Below are positions 36,676 to 49,450 of a stretch of DNA of 64,000 bases, piece after piece. The notes beneath the pieces were generated by a model. That model was not told where the DNA came from. It worked only from the letters and a program-made list of their open reading frames with translations, and did no database searches. The translations under genes and the position numbers were made by a program. The first letter of the stretch is position 1, and each line of letters opens with the position of its first letter. The stretch covers positions 372,001 through 436,000 of the forward strand of contig OZ025658.1 of assembly GCA_964019335.1 (NCBI GenBank), read 5' to 3'. The DNA comes from Diplonema japonicum (Eukaryota > Protista > Euglenozoa: Diplonemea).

Positions 36676-36984
36676 TCAATCTAAAGAAACAGGTACAGAC
36701 GGTGGCACCAAGCCACTTACATCGAAAACTTCATTTCGCACAAGGTACAGCTGACAGTTGTCATATAAAGCACTTGCATTGGGGACAGCTGTCCACTTTG
36801 CAGTGAAGGGGTCGTAAAGTAGGGCACTGGAAAACTGCATCTTTCCTCCCGGGAATCTCTCGTTGAAGACTCTTTCAAACCTTTCGAGCACTAAGGCCAT
36901 TGAAGGCCTTTCGTAGAACCTCTCCTGGAGGTTAGCTTTTTCCCCGCAACTGTCTGCGGCAACGTTAACCCTAAAACCAACCAT
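36676..36984 (-). CDS. Stand-alone BILBO1 N-terminal (ubiquitin-like) domain protein, 102 aa
   Basis: FRVNVAADSCGEKANLQERFYERPS...LYDPFTAKW...LYDNCQLY matches the recalled trypanosome BILBO1-NTD pattern (FLVQVAADIFNNKVNFELSFPSRPS...MYD...KW...DYCQLY). Confidence 0.75.
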   Translation of the reverse strand: MVGFRVNVAADSCGEKANLQERFYERPSMALVLERFERVFNERFPGGKMQFSSALLYDPFTAKWTAVPNASALYDNCQLYLVRNEVFDVSGLVPPSVPVSLD

Positions 36985-37105
36985 TACTATTTCTTTTTCT
37001 CCCCCTCTCAATGGAATTAAAGAGCACCGGGAGGGGGAATACCAAGAAAAAAAAGAAATGCATCTCCGTAAGGAGACGAGACGGGGGGGGGGGGGGGGGG
37101 GGAGG

Positions 37106-40100
37106 TTAGTTAAACAACGGTAAATAGTCAGCCTCAGGTTCTCTGCCTCTGTTGGTTTTGCAGTGTTGGCAATTACACTGTTCTCTGGTCATCGGAGACC
37201 CGAACAGTGGTTTCTTAACGCTGCGCAGCTGTCGCACTGTTGTGTATGCGAAGTGCTTTGAGCCTGTGATTTGTTTCTTGCGCTGTTGGACCTGCTTCAG
37301 GTGTGCTTCGACGTCGCTGCTGCTGCGCTGCACGGGCAGCGTGCACTCATCGACCAGCTGCCCACCGTCGTACTTCTTGCGATATTTCAGGTATTTTGCA
37401 GCGTTCTTCGCGATCGACGTTTCCAGACTGTCCGTGCTCTGGCTGTGGGAATGGGTAAAATTATGGGGAAAACAACGTACACGGTAACCAAATAACTTTT
37501 TTCCACCGTCGCCTTAAACCTCCAACTTTTTTTCCACCGTTCACGGTAACCACAACTTTTTTTCCACTTTTTACTGTAACCACCAACAATTTCCCTTATG
37601 CAACCACTAACTTTTTTTTCCACCGTCCACGGTAACCTCCGACATTTTTATGCCTCATTGGGGGTTTAGTACGAAATGTAGCGAGGGGGGCAAAACATGA
37701 TGTCATAGCAAAATAAAAGGAAAAGAGACCTTTTAAGAGAAATAGGTGACTACCCTGAAGGCTGGGACTACAACCGGGACAGCACTTCGAGGAGTGATTG
37801 TGGCTGTGGCGCAGCGGTTGAGTAATAAAGGTTTTTACAAGTTGCTGCATTTATTTTCCCCTTCTCTCTCACTTCGCTTCCTCTTTGCTGGCCTGCCTAT
37901 CTGTGACTTCGTGACAACAGGGGGCTTGAGGTCATCCTTGGCATATCCTTCACAGGCAGGGGGGCGAGGGGTGGAGAAGTACATCAGACGCCAGATACCT
38001 CGGCTTTGGCTTTAAATCGTCTTGAAAATCGCCCTTGCCAACTTCCAGGAGAAATTCTTGGTGTCTTTTTTCGAGCCCTGGTTGTGCCTACACGTTTTTC
38101 CCAAGTGCACACACACCTCCACCGTGTACGTTGTAAAAAAAGTTGTGGGTTACCGTGGACGGTGGAAAAAAAGTTCTTACTTACATGGTTTAGTGGAAAT
38201 AAAAATAGGTTACCGTGGAGAGTGGAAAATTTTTATAAAAAACCATTTGAGTGGAAAAAAAGTTGTGGGTTACCGTAAACAGTGGTGGAAATTCTGCTTA
38301 CAGACTTGAGTGGGAAAAAGTTATTTGGTTACCGTGTACGTTGTTTTTCTCTAAAATTATTTATTTATTTCTTTCCCCTCCCCCCTCTCTTGACATACAA
38401 TAGATCGCTCTTTTCACTGCTTATGTTTAACGCGGGCAGTTCCACATTGTTGGCCACATTGTCCAAAAAATCACTCTCTTCCTCATACTTCTGAGGGTTG
38501 CACGCCTTGTCGATGTCAAGCAACGAATTCACCAGATCCGATCCAGCCCCAACCTGATTTTTATTTCATTTTTTTTTCTCCCACCCATACAGAATCTGGA
38601 AATATATAACAGAACCTATGCCTAAAGGGGATCCACCTCTCCGATGATGCAGGCTCGATGTACACAGGGCTGCACCCCATGTGGACTTCATGGGGGAGGC
38701 CTTCTGGCCATGACCCAGGGTATTCTTTTACCGAGCCGAATTTCGCGTAGATCTGACCTGTGGTCTTGCTCACGACGCAGATGCCGGAGTCATTTGAGGC
38801 AACCACGAGCACGCTAGAAGACGGAAGGACTTGCATCTGAGTGATGACGCCGGGTTGTTGGAGGGAGAAGCATTTAATGAGCTTTACGTTTGTTCTGTTG
38901 TGGTACACCCTCCCGCTGGGGCTTCTGCGGGTCTTGCGGCCTTCGTCTTCAAAAGTGTGAGAAAGCAGAGCTAGCTTGTTGGACTGCTTCTTGGTTTTCT
39001 TGTCATCTTTTGTGGTACGTGTCGTTGCGGGTTTTGACACCTGCCCCTGGTCCCTGCAGTCACGCAGGCACTGCCCGATGTCAAAGATGCTTATGATGTT
39101 GTTCCCGTCGCCGACGTAAATGTACTGTTTGTCCTTGTCGTAGTCCAGCACGTACGCTACCTCACCGGGTGCATATGAAGCTGGGAAGCACGCTGTGATC
39201 TCTAGGAAGTGGCTGTCACGTATTTTCCACACCAAAGCGTCCCCGTCACCGTGCAGGGTGACGATCATGTCGGAGTCGATGCTCACCACCGCCTCTGTCA
39301 CCTCCAGAAGCTTCGTCTGTATCTGCGTCCTGAATTTTGTGAATGCATGTGCCCCCGGCACCTGTTGCTCCGATCCCGCAGCGTTGCATAGCTTCTTCCA
39401 GTTCATGGACGGCCTGTGCTGCGGTGCTGGCAAGTCTTCCGGCTTCACTTCGTCCGCCTCGAAGGTCTTAAACGACATGCTGACATCGGACTTGTTCACA
39501 GACAGCAAGCTCATATTGTTCAGATTATACAACAGCACTGTCCCCACGGCAGTCCCAACCGCTATCTTGTTTGGTGGGAAGAAAGCTATCGAGTGCACGG
39601 CTGCATTCTGCGTAGACAGCGACATAACACCACGCCCCTCTGCGACACGGTGCATTGAAGGTGGGATAGGGAGATCCTGCCACACAAGGCATTTCTTGCC
39701 GTGCCCCCCTGAAACGACATACGACTGCGACTGGCTCTGCCCAGGGTGTGTCACCACGTGCAGGAGGGCGACGACTTCGGCCATATCGCTGTGGTGACTG
39801 ACAAAAGTTTTCAGCTTCTTCCCGTTCAGCGACCACATCGAAACGTCGCCGTCGTCGCACCCGATCAGCAGGCGGCGCTGATCCCCGTCGAAGCACAGTG
39901 CGGTCACACGCTCGTTTTCGCTGATATCAAATGGTGACCACTTTGCCAGCCTGTCACCCGTATTCACGTCCCACACGTGAATGTACCGCTCATCACAAGT
40001 GAGGACTTGCTTCATCCTCACGGAGAACAGCAGACCCACGATAGGGGCCAGGTGGCCTTGGTAATTAGCGTGCCACGACGTTCCTGACTCTAGCTCCGCC

Positions 40101-41770
40101 TGCGTGTTGATGTCACGCCACACAACAGGGGTCCCCGAGCATGCAAGGATCGAGCTTGTGTTTGGGTCGTACCCAAGTCCCGTGCACTTATCCTCGGGGT
40201 ACCTGCGTTCCTTGTCTGTGAGCGTTTGGATGCATCTGAAGGTGCGGATGTCCCACACCTTGAGGATCTTGTCCTCCGAGAGGGTAATAAGCTGGGAGTT
40301 CTTGTCGACGAACTTCACAGCGACAAGAGCTGCGCGGTGCTCTGTCAGTGTGCACATCTTCTGCCGCGCTTTGGGGTTCCACACGATGGCGTTCCTTGAT
40401 ATCCCACAGCTGCACAACAGGTTCCTCTGCGGTGTGTAGTCGAAGAAGTGGACACCGCGCCGCGCATCGTCACCATCGACTTCCATCCGCAGGTAGCTCT
40501 TTCCTTTCGTAATGTCCAGCACTTGGATGCTATTGTCGAGGCTGGAACTGATGAATCCTTGCAGCTGGGGTGCCACGAGCATGTGGGTGACCCAGTCGGT
40601 GTGGGGCTTCCATTTCTCAATGCAGCGGACCTTAGCGCCAGGTTCTAGATGCTGTACCGTGATGGCTGAGGACCTGTCTTCGCTATTTGACTCCTCGCGG
40701 AGAGCCAGGTTGTATAACTGAACGTTTCCCTCCTCCAGCCCCATGATGAAAGGGTCGCTGTAGCGTTCGGAGCACAACGAGTGCATGCTCTCCATGCACA
40801 AGACGTTCTTGTTGAGATCGTCCATCAGCACGACATCAACGTGGTGCCGTCCAAGGCGCGAGATCTTCTTTGACTTGTCAGGCATGAAGGCCATCTGTGA
40901 ACTGTACCCCGACCCGCGCTCCTCCATGATCTTCGAGTCGGGATCATACTCGCATGTCTTCACGATCCTGTTGGTGCGCTTTAGATCGTTAACAGTGATG
41001 CGCTGCCCTTTAAAGGCTCTCTGAAGGCTTGGTCCTTGTTTGGAGCCTGTTTTGCTGCCACAGCTGTAGATAAAGGTAAGCCTGTCGAACTGACCGACGA
41101 CAAGGCGATTGGTCTCGGGGAGGTAATGCAAGCTGTGCACCATGCTCCCGTCGCCATGGTGTATGATGCCCTTATCGCGCAGGGTAAGGCTGTCCCATCG
41201 GCGCACGGTGCCGTCAGAGCCCGCGGTGTAGTACTCGCCGAGGAGTGGGTTGCAGGTAATCTTGTTGATAGCTGACTGGGCAGAAGAAGGGACTTCGGGG
41301 CTGATTCCGCGCGTAATGTAGAGTGTAGGCTTGTCATTGTCCGTCGGGCCGTGCGTGGTCTTCATAAGGTAAGACGAGAACTCGTCCCAGTCCACGTGCC
41401 CGTTGGCGTCCTGGTCGATCGTCATGAACCACGTCTTCATCTGCGTGGGGTCCGACGATGGACAGAACACAGGCCCGAAGCACTCCACAAACTCTTGCTC
41501 TGGGAACCCTCCTTCGCCTGGCCATCCCTCGAACAACATCTTTAAGTCCAGTAGTGTGTCGAACGGCAGCCCCACCGAGTGCTGGTTCACCCACTTTGAA
41601 GCACCGCACTCCATCGCGTACTGGTTGTTACTGTAAATCTTACTCCGCGGGCGTGATTTCTTAATTTCCTGTATCTTCTCAAGCATCTTGGTGTGTATGC
41701 CTTGCAGCCTCCAGGCCATGTCCTCCATCGTGTCGCTCTCCCGTCTGTCTAGCCATGACCGCCGCTGCAT
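37106..41770 (-). CDS. EF-hand + WD40 protein (WDR49/EFCAB8-like), ~1223 aa (introns 38554-38590, 37443-38398)
   Basis: EF-hand IDQDANGHVDWDEF; WD40 repeats TLSEDKILKVWD and others. Splicing joins the main ORF to 38399-38553 and 37106-37442 in frame. Confidence 0.85.
37465..38351. mobile_element. Mutator-like (MULE) non-autonomous element inside intron 2 of the WD40 gene
   Basis: ~40-bp TIRs (G[G/A]G[G/A]AAAACAACGTACACGGTAACCAAATAACTTTTT), G...C ends, perfect 9-bp TSD taaaattat at 37456-37464 and 38352-38360, and subterminal arrays of ccaccgtccacggtaacc-like motifs. Confidence 0.9.
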
Positions 41771-41890
41771 CACATCTTCCTGTCCGCCCAAGCTGTGATT
41801 ATTGAAACGATCCAAGAGATTAAAGTATCACTAATAAAAAGAAATCCCTCCCACGAAGCAGATACCATCAGGTACACAAGAAAGGCCCCC

Positions 41891-42787
41891 TTACGCAGAC
41901 CGCAGGCTATCGTAGATGACGAGGACCAGCGCGCTGGTTGTAGACCGCAGGATGTTGACGGTGGCACCGTGGTAGAGGGCACGGGGACCCTCGTCGGCGA
42001 GGATGCGTCTGAGGCAGTCGCGGCCGTTCTTGTAGAGGACCTCCTTGGCGCCGGGCTGGAGGATGACCCTCCGCCTGACGGTGTCGAGGGGGTAGGCTGC
42101 AAGACCGCCAAGGGTGGTAACCGTCTGGGCGAGGAGAAATTTCGAGGTGAAGCCGGAGTCCTCTGGGAGGAAATTCTCCTTACCAATAGCGTAGCCACCA
42201 AGATAAATAGCACGGAATATCATGACAGAGGGAACGGTGACCCAGAAGCCACAGTAAAGCCCGTGGATGGGACCGCCTAGTTTGAGGGTTTTGCTTGTGC
42301 AATCGATGAGGCCTCGGTACTGGCGGGTGTATCCTTTGCCGAGGTCGGTGGCGAGGCGGGTGCGGACAACATCGAAGGGGTGCAGAAGAACAAGGGCAGA
42401 GACACCCGCAGCACCGCCAACAAAAAGCTCAGCTCCTGCGCGTTTGTATGGCTGTGTCACAGGATCGAGGTCTGGCATGAACAAGCTGAACCAGTCACGA
42501 AACAGGAAGTTGAATGCGTGTGTTGGTGCGTACCGCAGCACGTCTGTAGTGTTGCCCCTCCACAGCGCAGTCACCCCCTGCTCTTTCGCCACGCGTACCA
42601 TTGTCCCCAACCCCCCCGAGAACCTCTCCACCTCCCCACTCATCACACTATAGTTGCACACCTGCGTCTGCAACAGCAGCTTCGTCCTATCCAACGGTGC
42701 TACCGCCGTCTTGCTGATCGCCGCCCCCGCCAACCCCGCAGCGAAGGCATTCAGCACATCGCTCAGACTCTCACCCATGATGGTCAT
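41891..42787 (-). CDS. Mitochondrial-carrier family, ADP/ATP carrier-like
   Basis: Three PxDxxK/R signatures; KTAVAPLDRTKLLLQTQ, LWRGN, RYAPTHAFNF, YPLDTVRRR. Confidence 0.9.
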   Translation of the reverse strand: MTIMGESLSDVLNAFAAGLAGAAISKTAVAPLDRTKLLLQTQVCNYSVMSGEVERFSGGLGTMVRVAKEQGVTALWRGNTTDVLRYAPTHAFNFLFRDWFSLFMPDLDPVTQPYKRAGAELFVGGAAGVSALVLLHPFDVVRTRLATDLGKGYTRQYRGLIDCTSKTLKLGGPIHGLYCGFWVTVPSVMIFRAIYLGGYAIGKENFLPEDSGFTSKFLLAQTVTTLGGLAAYPLDTVRRRVILQPGAKEVLYKNGRDCLRRILADEGPRALYHGATVNILRSTTSALVLVIYDSLRSA

Positions 42788-43242
42788 TTTAAATTAGATA
42801 AAAGCCTCCCTCGCAGCCACCCTTTTTAAACTGGTTTTCAGTCACACAATAAAGTTAATAAAAAGACCATTTTGTTACCAACAAATAGTGAGTCATACGT
42901 TTAACTCAAGTTGCAAAAAAACGAATAACAGAAAGAAAAATCGGCAAATGAATGACGAAGCTACCCATTTGGGGGTGGGGAAAGGGGACGGGACAACCGG
43001 AATGGGGGAAAAACATAAAAAGGAAGAAGAAGAAGAAATAGGTGATACTAGATAGAATTATCCCCTCCCTACCCAGCCAGGCGATGCGTTGCAATGAACT
43101 CACCAGCGAATGAGAATAAAGCTCCTTTCCATCACTTCCTTCTTCTTTTCTAGTGAGCAAATCAAAGTCAAAAAAGAATGAAAGAACAAGTGGGGGGGGG
43201 GGGGGGAGAAATGGAAAAAATCCCCTATTCTTTCGATTTCGT

Positions 43243-46200
43243 TTAAAAGCGCAAATGCTGACGAGCCTTAGTCCTCTTTGTGGTCCCGAAGAGGGGGTCA
43301 ACCGTAGAGGTTGGGTCAGTGTTAGGGGAAAAGTTCAGTGACGCGGCGTCCTCAGCTCCAAGCGAGCGGCGAAAGTCAAACGAGGATTGTGAGGCGTGCG
43401 AAGAAGGGGGCTTGCGGCTTGAGGGGGATCCTACCGAACCTTCTGTTTTTTGCAGGATATCCCTATCGGCACTCACTTGGAAAATCTGGTGCAGCATTGT
43501 GTCACAGACATCGCGGTCTTCTACCACGATCCCATCCCTGAGCACTAGCATGCTGTCGCTCTCCGTCACCACGTCTAGCTTGTTGGTCACGACCACTACC
43601 GTAGCCCTGCGGAACCACTCCTTCAGCACCCTGTGTACCATCTTTTCTACCTGCACGCTGCAATGGCACAATGCATTGTCCATCAATATCAATCGCAGAG
43701 GAGGCACTTTCTTGTACTCTTCCCGTGCCATCCCTCTCAATACTATCCGTGCCACGCATAGCAACTGCTTCTCTGCATCGCTCAACCTCCGTCCCCTTTC
43801 CCCTATGTCATAATGAAGTGGGTACCCTTCCAACTGCACACTTCTCAACGCCGCAAGGCACATGTTCCGTGAGTACTGCCCCGTGGGGTCCAGGTTCATG
43901 TGTATTGTCCCGTCCAGAAGGAGCGGAACCTGTCCCAGCAGCGCCACTGCTTGCCTGATGCACTTCGTACTCAGTTTGTCATACGTTTTCCCGTCCAGAG
44001 TGATGACACCCCCCGATGGCTCCTGTAGGTTCAATAACAATTCCATCAGTGTTGTCTTGCCGGAGCCCGATTTCCCCACCAGCGCCACCCTGTGCCCTGG
44101 TGAAATCTGGAAGTTTACATTCGACAAGGTTTGATGCAAGGCCCTCTGCCTCCACTCCCCAGTGTGTGGGTGGATGTGTTTTGTGAATAACGGCATGCAC
44201 TTCCCCTTCTCGCTCGTTGACCCGCAGCAGGACCAGTGGTCTCCAGGTATCTCACCCCCATGTCTGCACAGGATGCCATCAAACGCTTTCGGATATGAAC
44301 ACCACTGTTTGCAAGTCCCTGAGGGCGAACCGATGGAGACAGACACCTGCTGGAAAGTCACTCTGCCTGTCTTGGGGTACAGCTTCGGTCTGTAGGGGCC
44401 CTCATCGATGATGTCGCTCTTGAGCATACTGTACTCGTTGACCCTCTGCACCGAGAGCAGTGTGGCCTGAAGTTCAGAGACAGTAGTAACCAGTGATCCC
44501 ATCCACTGCGTGATGGAGTACGAGTAGAACAGGGCAAGGCCTGCGAGGGCCACATGGCGGTCACCATGCTTGTGGTTTGCAACAGCAACAGTGCTACACA
44601 CAGTGACACATACATAGCCGGCCAGTTGCAAGCGAAGGCGAAGCCAGCAAGAAACAGCGCAAATGGAATACTTAACGCGCTGCGACTGGGCCAGAACATC
44701 CTCGCACATCTGCAGCACGTATCCCACATTTACTTTCAGCGAAGCCACTCCTGTGCTGATCTCGTCGTTGTGTGCTTGTAGCTTTGTACTCGTCTCAAAG
44801 TCAAGCCTCTTGAGCTCTCTCATTGTCTCTTCGAAGTATTGTCTGACGATGACGAACAGCACAACAACAGGGATGACTCCGAACAGCGTGTACAGGTTGA
44901 AGAGGCCCAGGACACACACTGCTCCCAGCAAGCGGAAGCTCTGGGTGGCTAGCTCGCCTAGGTGTAGAGGTAGGTCCTCGTCAATCACAGAGACGTCATC
45001 TGACAAGCATGTGAGGAGACTGGCAACATGATTGGCCTTGAAGAAGGCCACAGGCGCGGACATTATGGAGTCCAGCAGCAACGTGTGTAGCAGCTCGCTG
45101 AGCTTGATGCCACCGTAAGCATGAACGATGCATTTACACAACGCAGCTCCCGCATGGCCCACAGCTACAACACCCAACACAAAGAGGTATGTCCAATCAC
45201 TGTAACTATCCGAGTCTATCCAGTGACAGACCCACCAATCTGCAAACACATGTGTTCCTTGCATAACTATCAAAGCACCCACCACGAGACCTGCTGTGAG
45301 CTTCCCAGTCTCCTGGCAGATGAGTGTCCACGTGCCTTTCATAACTACTCTGGGCTGTTCGGGGATGTCGACGGCAGTGTTGGTGTAACGCTCGAGTTGA
45401 CACTCTCCGTCCCACGACCTTGTGGGTGTGGCTGCGACGTGGTGCTCGGAAGTATTGCAGGTCGCAGCCAATAGCAAGGCGGCGGCAACTACGGATTGCC
45501 GAATGGTGTCGGAGATCTCTTCAAGGATGGCAGATGGCTCGGCTGTGCAGTGCTCACCCGAAGTCATCTCGATGATGGTAGTGCAGTCGCGCAGGAGGCG
45601 GAAATTGCGTGTGGCTACTACAACGGTATTACGGTGTGCACTTAAGTACTCGTGCAAGCAGCTCGCCTCCATTTCATCAAGGTGCTGGTAGGGGTCATCC
45701 AGGAGGAGAAGGTCTGCACACATGTACAGACACCTCGCGAGGCATATTTTTGCAGCCTGCGCAGTCCTGAGTGTGGGGTCTTCAGGGCTTACAATTACAT
45801 TACAATCCGCGAAGCACTTCTCAAGAGAGACAGCGTCGGTCACCTCCAAGAAGAGCTTCTCGTCGTATGCCTTGCCGACAAGGATGTTATCATAAACACT
45901 GCCCGAGAAAACACAGGGTGTAGAGGGGGCAAACGCGATGCTACCCTTTCTGGAATACACCCCAGACTCCTGAAGCATCTCTCCTGCAAGGGCCCAAAGA
46001 AAGCTCGATTTCCCTGATCCTTTCCTACCGATGACACCCACATACTCACCGCTCTTCAGAGTGATCGATATCGTGGTGGACGATACCTGCGTGCACACGT
46101 CAGACCACGAGAAGGTGCCTTTGGCCTCAATACAGATGCCCACAGGGCACGTGATGTCCGCCCTTACAGGCGGGATACTAAGGTAGCCCTCAACGGCATT

Positions 46201-47864
46201 CACAGAACGGTCGATCTCAGACCGTCTCGTGATGTCGTAAGGGAGCACATTGAGGGGGTGGATGAGGAGGTCGAAGAGCACAAGGGAGGAAACAACCCTC
46301 GCGGGGGATAAAGCGTTCGACTCATAAAAGCCTCTGTACGACAAAAAGATGCACAACGAAACCCATACAGGCGTCGTGTACCAGAGGAAGGCACACAGCG
46401 CGTCACAGTACTGCCTCCTCTGCAGGGCCGCCAGTTCTGTGATCCGTGCATCTTGTACCATCTCTTTGCCAAGATTTGTCCACCCTTGACACTTTAGTGC
46501 TGACATGTTGCCGAGTAAGCTGCTCACCTTTCGGACACGCGTTTCAGACTTAATGTTAATGTCACGACTCTCCTTCAGCACGTAGAAGGCAGCCTGGGTG
46601 TTGGCAGCCAGAATCAGCAGGACAACCCCAATGCCCGTGAGGAATGCCCAGTCCACCTGAAGATACAAAAGATAGAACCCGAGACAGATCTGCGCGAGCT
46701 TGACGGGGATCTCAAACGTAACACGAGGAAGCTCTGTGATGTTGCTGCAGTCGGTTGAGATAAGGAAGGTGGTACTGGTGGCACGCACCGCCTTCTGTCG
46801 CACGGCCTCTGGGAGGCGGAAGGTCTGCTTGTTGACGAGGGCAAGGAGCACGTCACGTATCTTGAGCATCAGAAGCCTCGCTTGGTACTCTTGATACTCG
46901 CGAAGCACTGCTGGGATCACCACCACAAGCGAGAGCCCTATGACATAGAGGCTCCCCTTCCACGTTGCACCATCCATTGTGAGGTAGTCTAGGAAGGAGC
47001 GTAGCAAAAGCGGAAAGCAAAACACAGACAGCCCAACCAACAGCCTGTAGAAGCCGACCATCAGGTAGCTGCCTCTGAACGTCAAGAACAGCGCCCGCCG
47101 CACGTCGAAAGCATGTGTCAAGAGGTGCACCTCGAAGCTGTGCTGCGTCTCCTTCATGTCCAGCTGCGGGTCGAGCGTGTCATCGATCTCAATCACACGC
47201 TTCGCACCGAGGTTGAGCAGCTGCCCTGCCCACATGAAGAGCTGTGTGAGGTTGTGTCATTCATCATTGCGACATACCCACTTGCTGGGGAGCGACACCG
47301 CAGCATCGCTTCTGTTCGTCAGCAAGCAGAACAAGAGAAGGCACAAGGCCGACTCTGCCAAGTGAATGAAGGAGGGCATGTCCCATCCACCGGGGAGTCG
47401 CGCGGCGCTAGCCCATGTGCTTGGGATCCGTGCGGCCATGACCAGGAGGCAAGCAGATTGAAGAGATGCGCCTTGCCAGGTGACAAACATAGTGGCCCAG
47501 AACACAATGGAACTAGACCAGCCGAGCCAGTCTCCAAAGGTGAGGCTTCGTGTCCCGAAAAAGATGAAGAGAGGTAGAGATGCTTGTATGAGAAGGCAGG
47601 TTGTGATGAGCTTATAGTTGAGACCTTCAGGGCGGCAGCTGTGTGGAAAGTTTATTTTGTCTAAAAGTGTGGCAAACCATTGGTTTCGCGTGGCCACAAG
47701 GTACATCCCAAGACAGCAGTAGACAGGAACTGCAAGCTGTGTGGGTTTATCTTATTTTAATTCTCCTTTTTCCATACCAACGACGCTACGCAGTCCCTGC
47801 ACTGTAGCAACTCCGCATTCTCCCAAAATGCTTCATCCCCGCCACAAATATACCCAACCCACAT
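43243..47864 (-). CDS. ABCC/MRP-type ABC transporter (ABCC10-like, TMD0-TMD1-NBD1-TMD2-NBD2) with degenerate NBDs (introns 47737-47777, 47639-47677, 47242-47277)
   Basis: Walker A GRKGSGKSS and GKSGSGKTT; two TMDs; RELKRLD and WLRLRLQL motifs. Spliced length ~1501 aa. Confidence 0.88.
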
Positions 47865-48266
47865 CTTAGGATCTATCGACGAGATTCAAACTGTGTGCTC
47901 TGCACCATTCCACCCCCCTCCCCTCCCCTCCCTTTTCGTGCAATGTTTGGTTTGTGATCTATCTAAAAAGAGGAAAGGGTAAATTAAAAAAAAACTTTTT
48001 GTTTTCTATTTTCTTTTTGTTACCCCGCCCCCTTTTTTTTTTCCACGTGTAAAAAAAAAGGAAATTAAAAAAAAGAAAGAAGAAAGAAGGGGGGGGGGGG
48101 TGACCCTTTTTGTCCCTCCCTTTTTTTTTACCCCCTTCTCTCACTAGATGCGCAGGTTAGGACGACACTAAGGCGTCTTTCTTTTTTTTCCCCCCCGTTT
48201 TTTAAAAATCGCTACACCCCCTATTTGTTTTTCTTCGTTTTCTTTCCTCTGTTCCATTCATTTTGT

Positions 48267-49231
48267 TCATTTCGCAGCTTTTTTTGCAGCAAGCTTTTCA
48301 GCAGACCGCTTCTGGGAAGCGTCAGCAATGTCGCCAAGCTTTCCTATTTTTTTTTTTTTTTATTTCATCCCTCCCCTTCCCCCCCTAACAAACCTGTCTG
48401 CGAAAGCGCCTTTAAGCACGACACCACCAACGGGATATAATTATGCCTTCTGCGCGTGTTTTCAACCTTGCCTTTCGCTTTGGCGTCCTTTAGATCAGCG
48501 ATCTGGTTCCTGAGGAGCATTTCCTCTGTCTCAGATGGGTTGTCCTTCAGCTTCTCGGATAGCGTCGTGATTCTGTCCTTCGTCACAGCCAAGAGGGAGA
48601 ACATGAGCCCGTTCCCTTTGCTGTCCTGTGACTGCACTTCTGCGACCCTTTCCTGAAGGAGGGGGACTGCTTGTGCGATCCAATCATCACCAGCATCGCC
48701 TGCCATGATGGGCCCTGCTTGGAGTCCGTCAAGTTCGTACAAAAAGCCCTCTTTAGGGATATATGCGGTGAAGTGGTAAGCATCATCGTCAGGTGAAGCA
48801 GCAGTTTCTTCAAATTGGAAACACTGAGGTTTCGAAAAAGAGTTGTGGACTGAGCGAAGGACGTCTTGCGAACCCATGCACTCTCCCCTTTGTTCCGGCC
48901 CCAGGGGGAGTGTGAAGCTTTTGAACTCTTCCAGCTCCTTCCCGATGTCCACACCTTCGGCGTTGAGAAGGATGTTCACGATGGCCTGCGTCGCACATGC
49001 GTTCGTGACGATCTGCTTTGCAAAGTACACGCTCTCCGCATCCACGATGGCCACCTCGCGCTTGACGGGCTTCCACTTGAACAGAAAGATCAACCCATGC
49101 ACAGGGCCCATCCTTTTAATCTCCTCCACATCCAAACACGGGACCTCCGCCACCTCCACCTCCTTCACCCCGAACTTCTCGATCATCTCATTGAAGACAA
49201 CAGGATCCGACTCGATGGTGCACCATGACAT
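48267..49231 (-). CDS. UCHL5: Ubiquitin C-terminal hydrolase UCH37/UCHL5 (intron 48344-48393)
   Basis: WCTIESDP, FAKQIVTNACATQA, AYHF, LYELDGL and ENTRRRHNYIP. The spliced tail GKLGDIADASQKRSAEKLAAKKAAK* completes the C-terminal helix. Confidence 0.93.
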
Positions 49232-49450
49232 TGCTTTTTCTTTTTTTTTTTCTTTTCTAAACACACTAAATTATATTAGGAAAAATGGAAGAGGACGAAG
49301 AAAAAATAATAATAATATAAACACTACGGAGTGGAAGGGCAAAGGGGGTAGGGATTGGTAGAATGTTACATAAGAAAAAAAAACAAGAAACCGTGGTTGT
49401 AAAACAGAAGAGAAAACACTGAACGGGGGGGGGGGGGGGGGTTCCCACAT

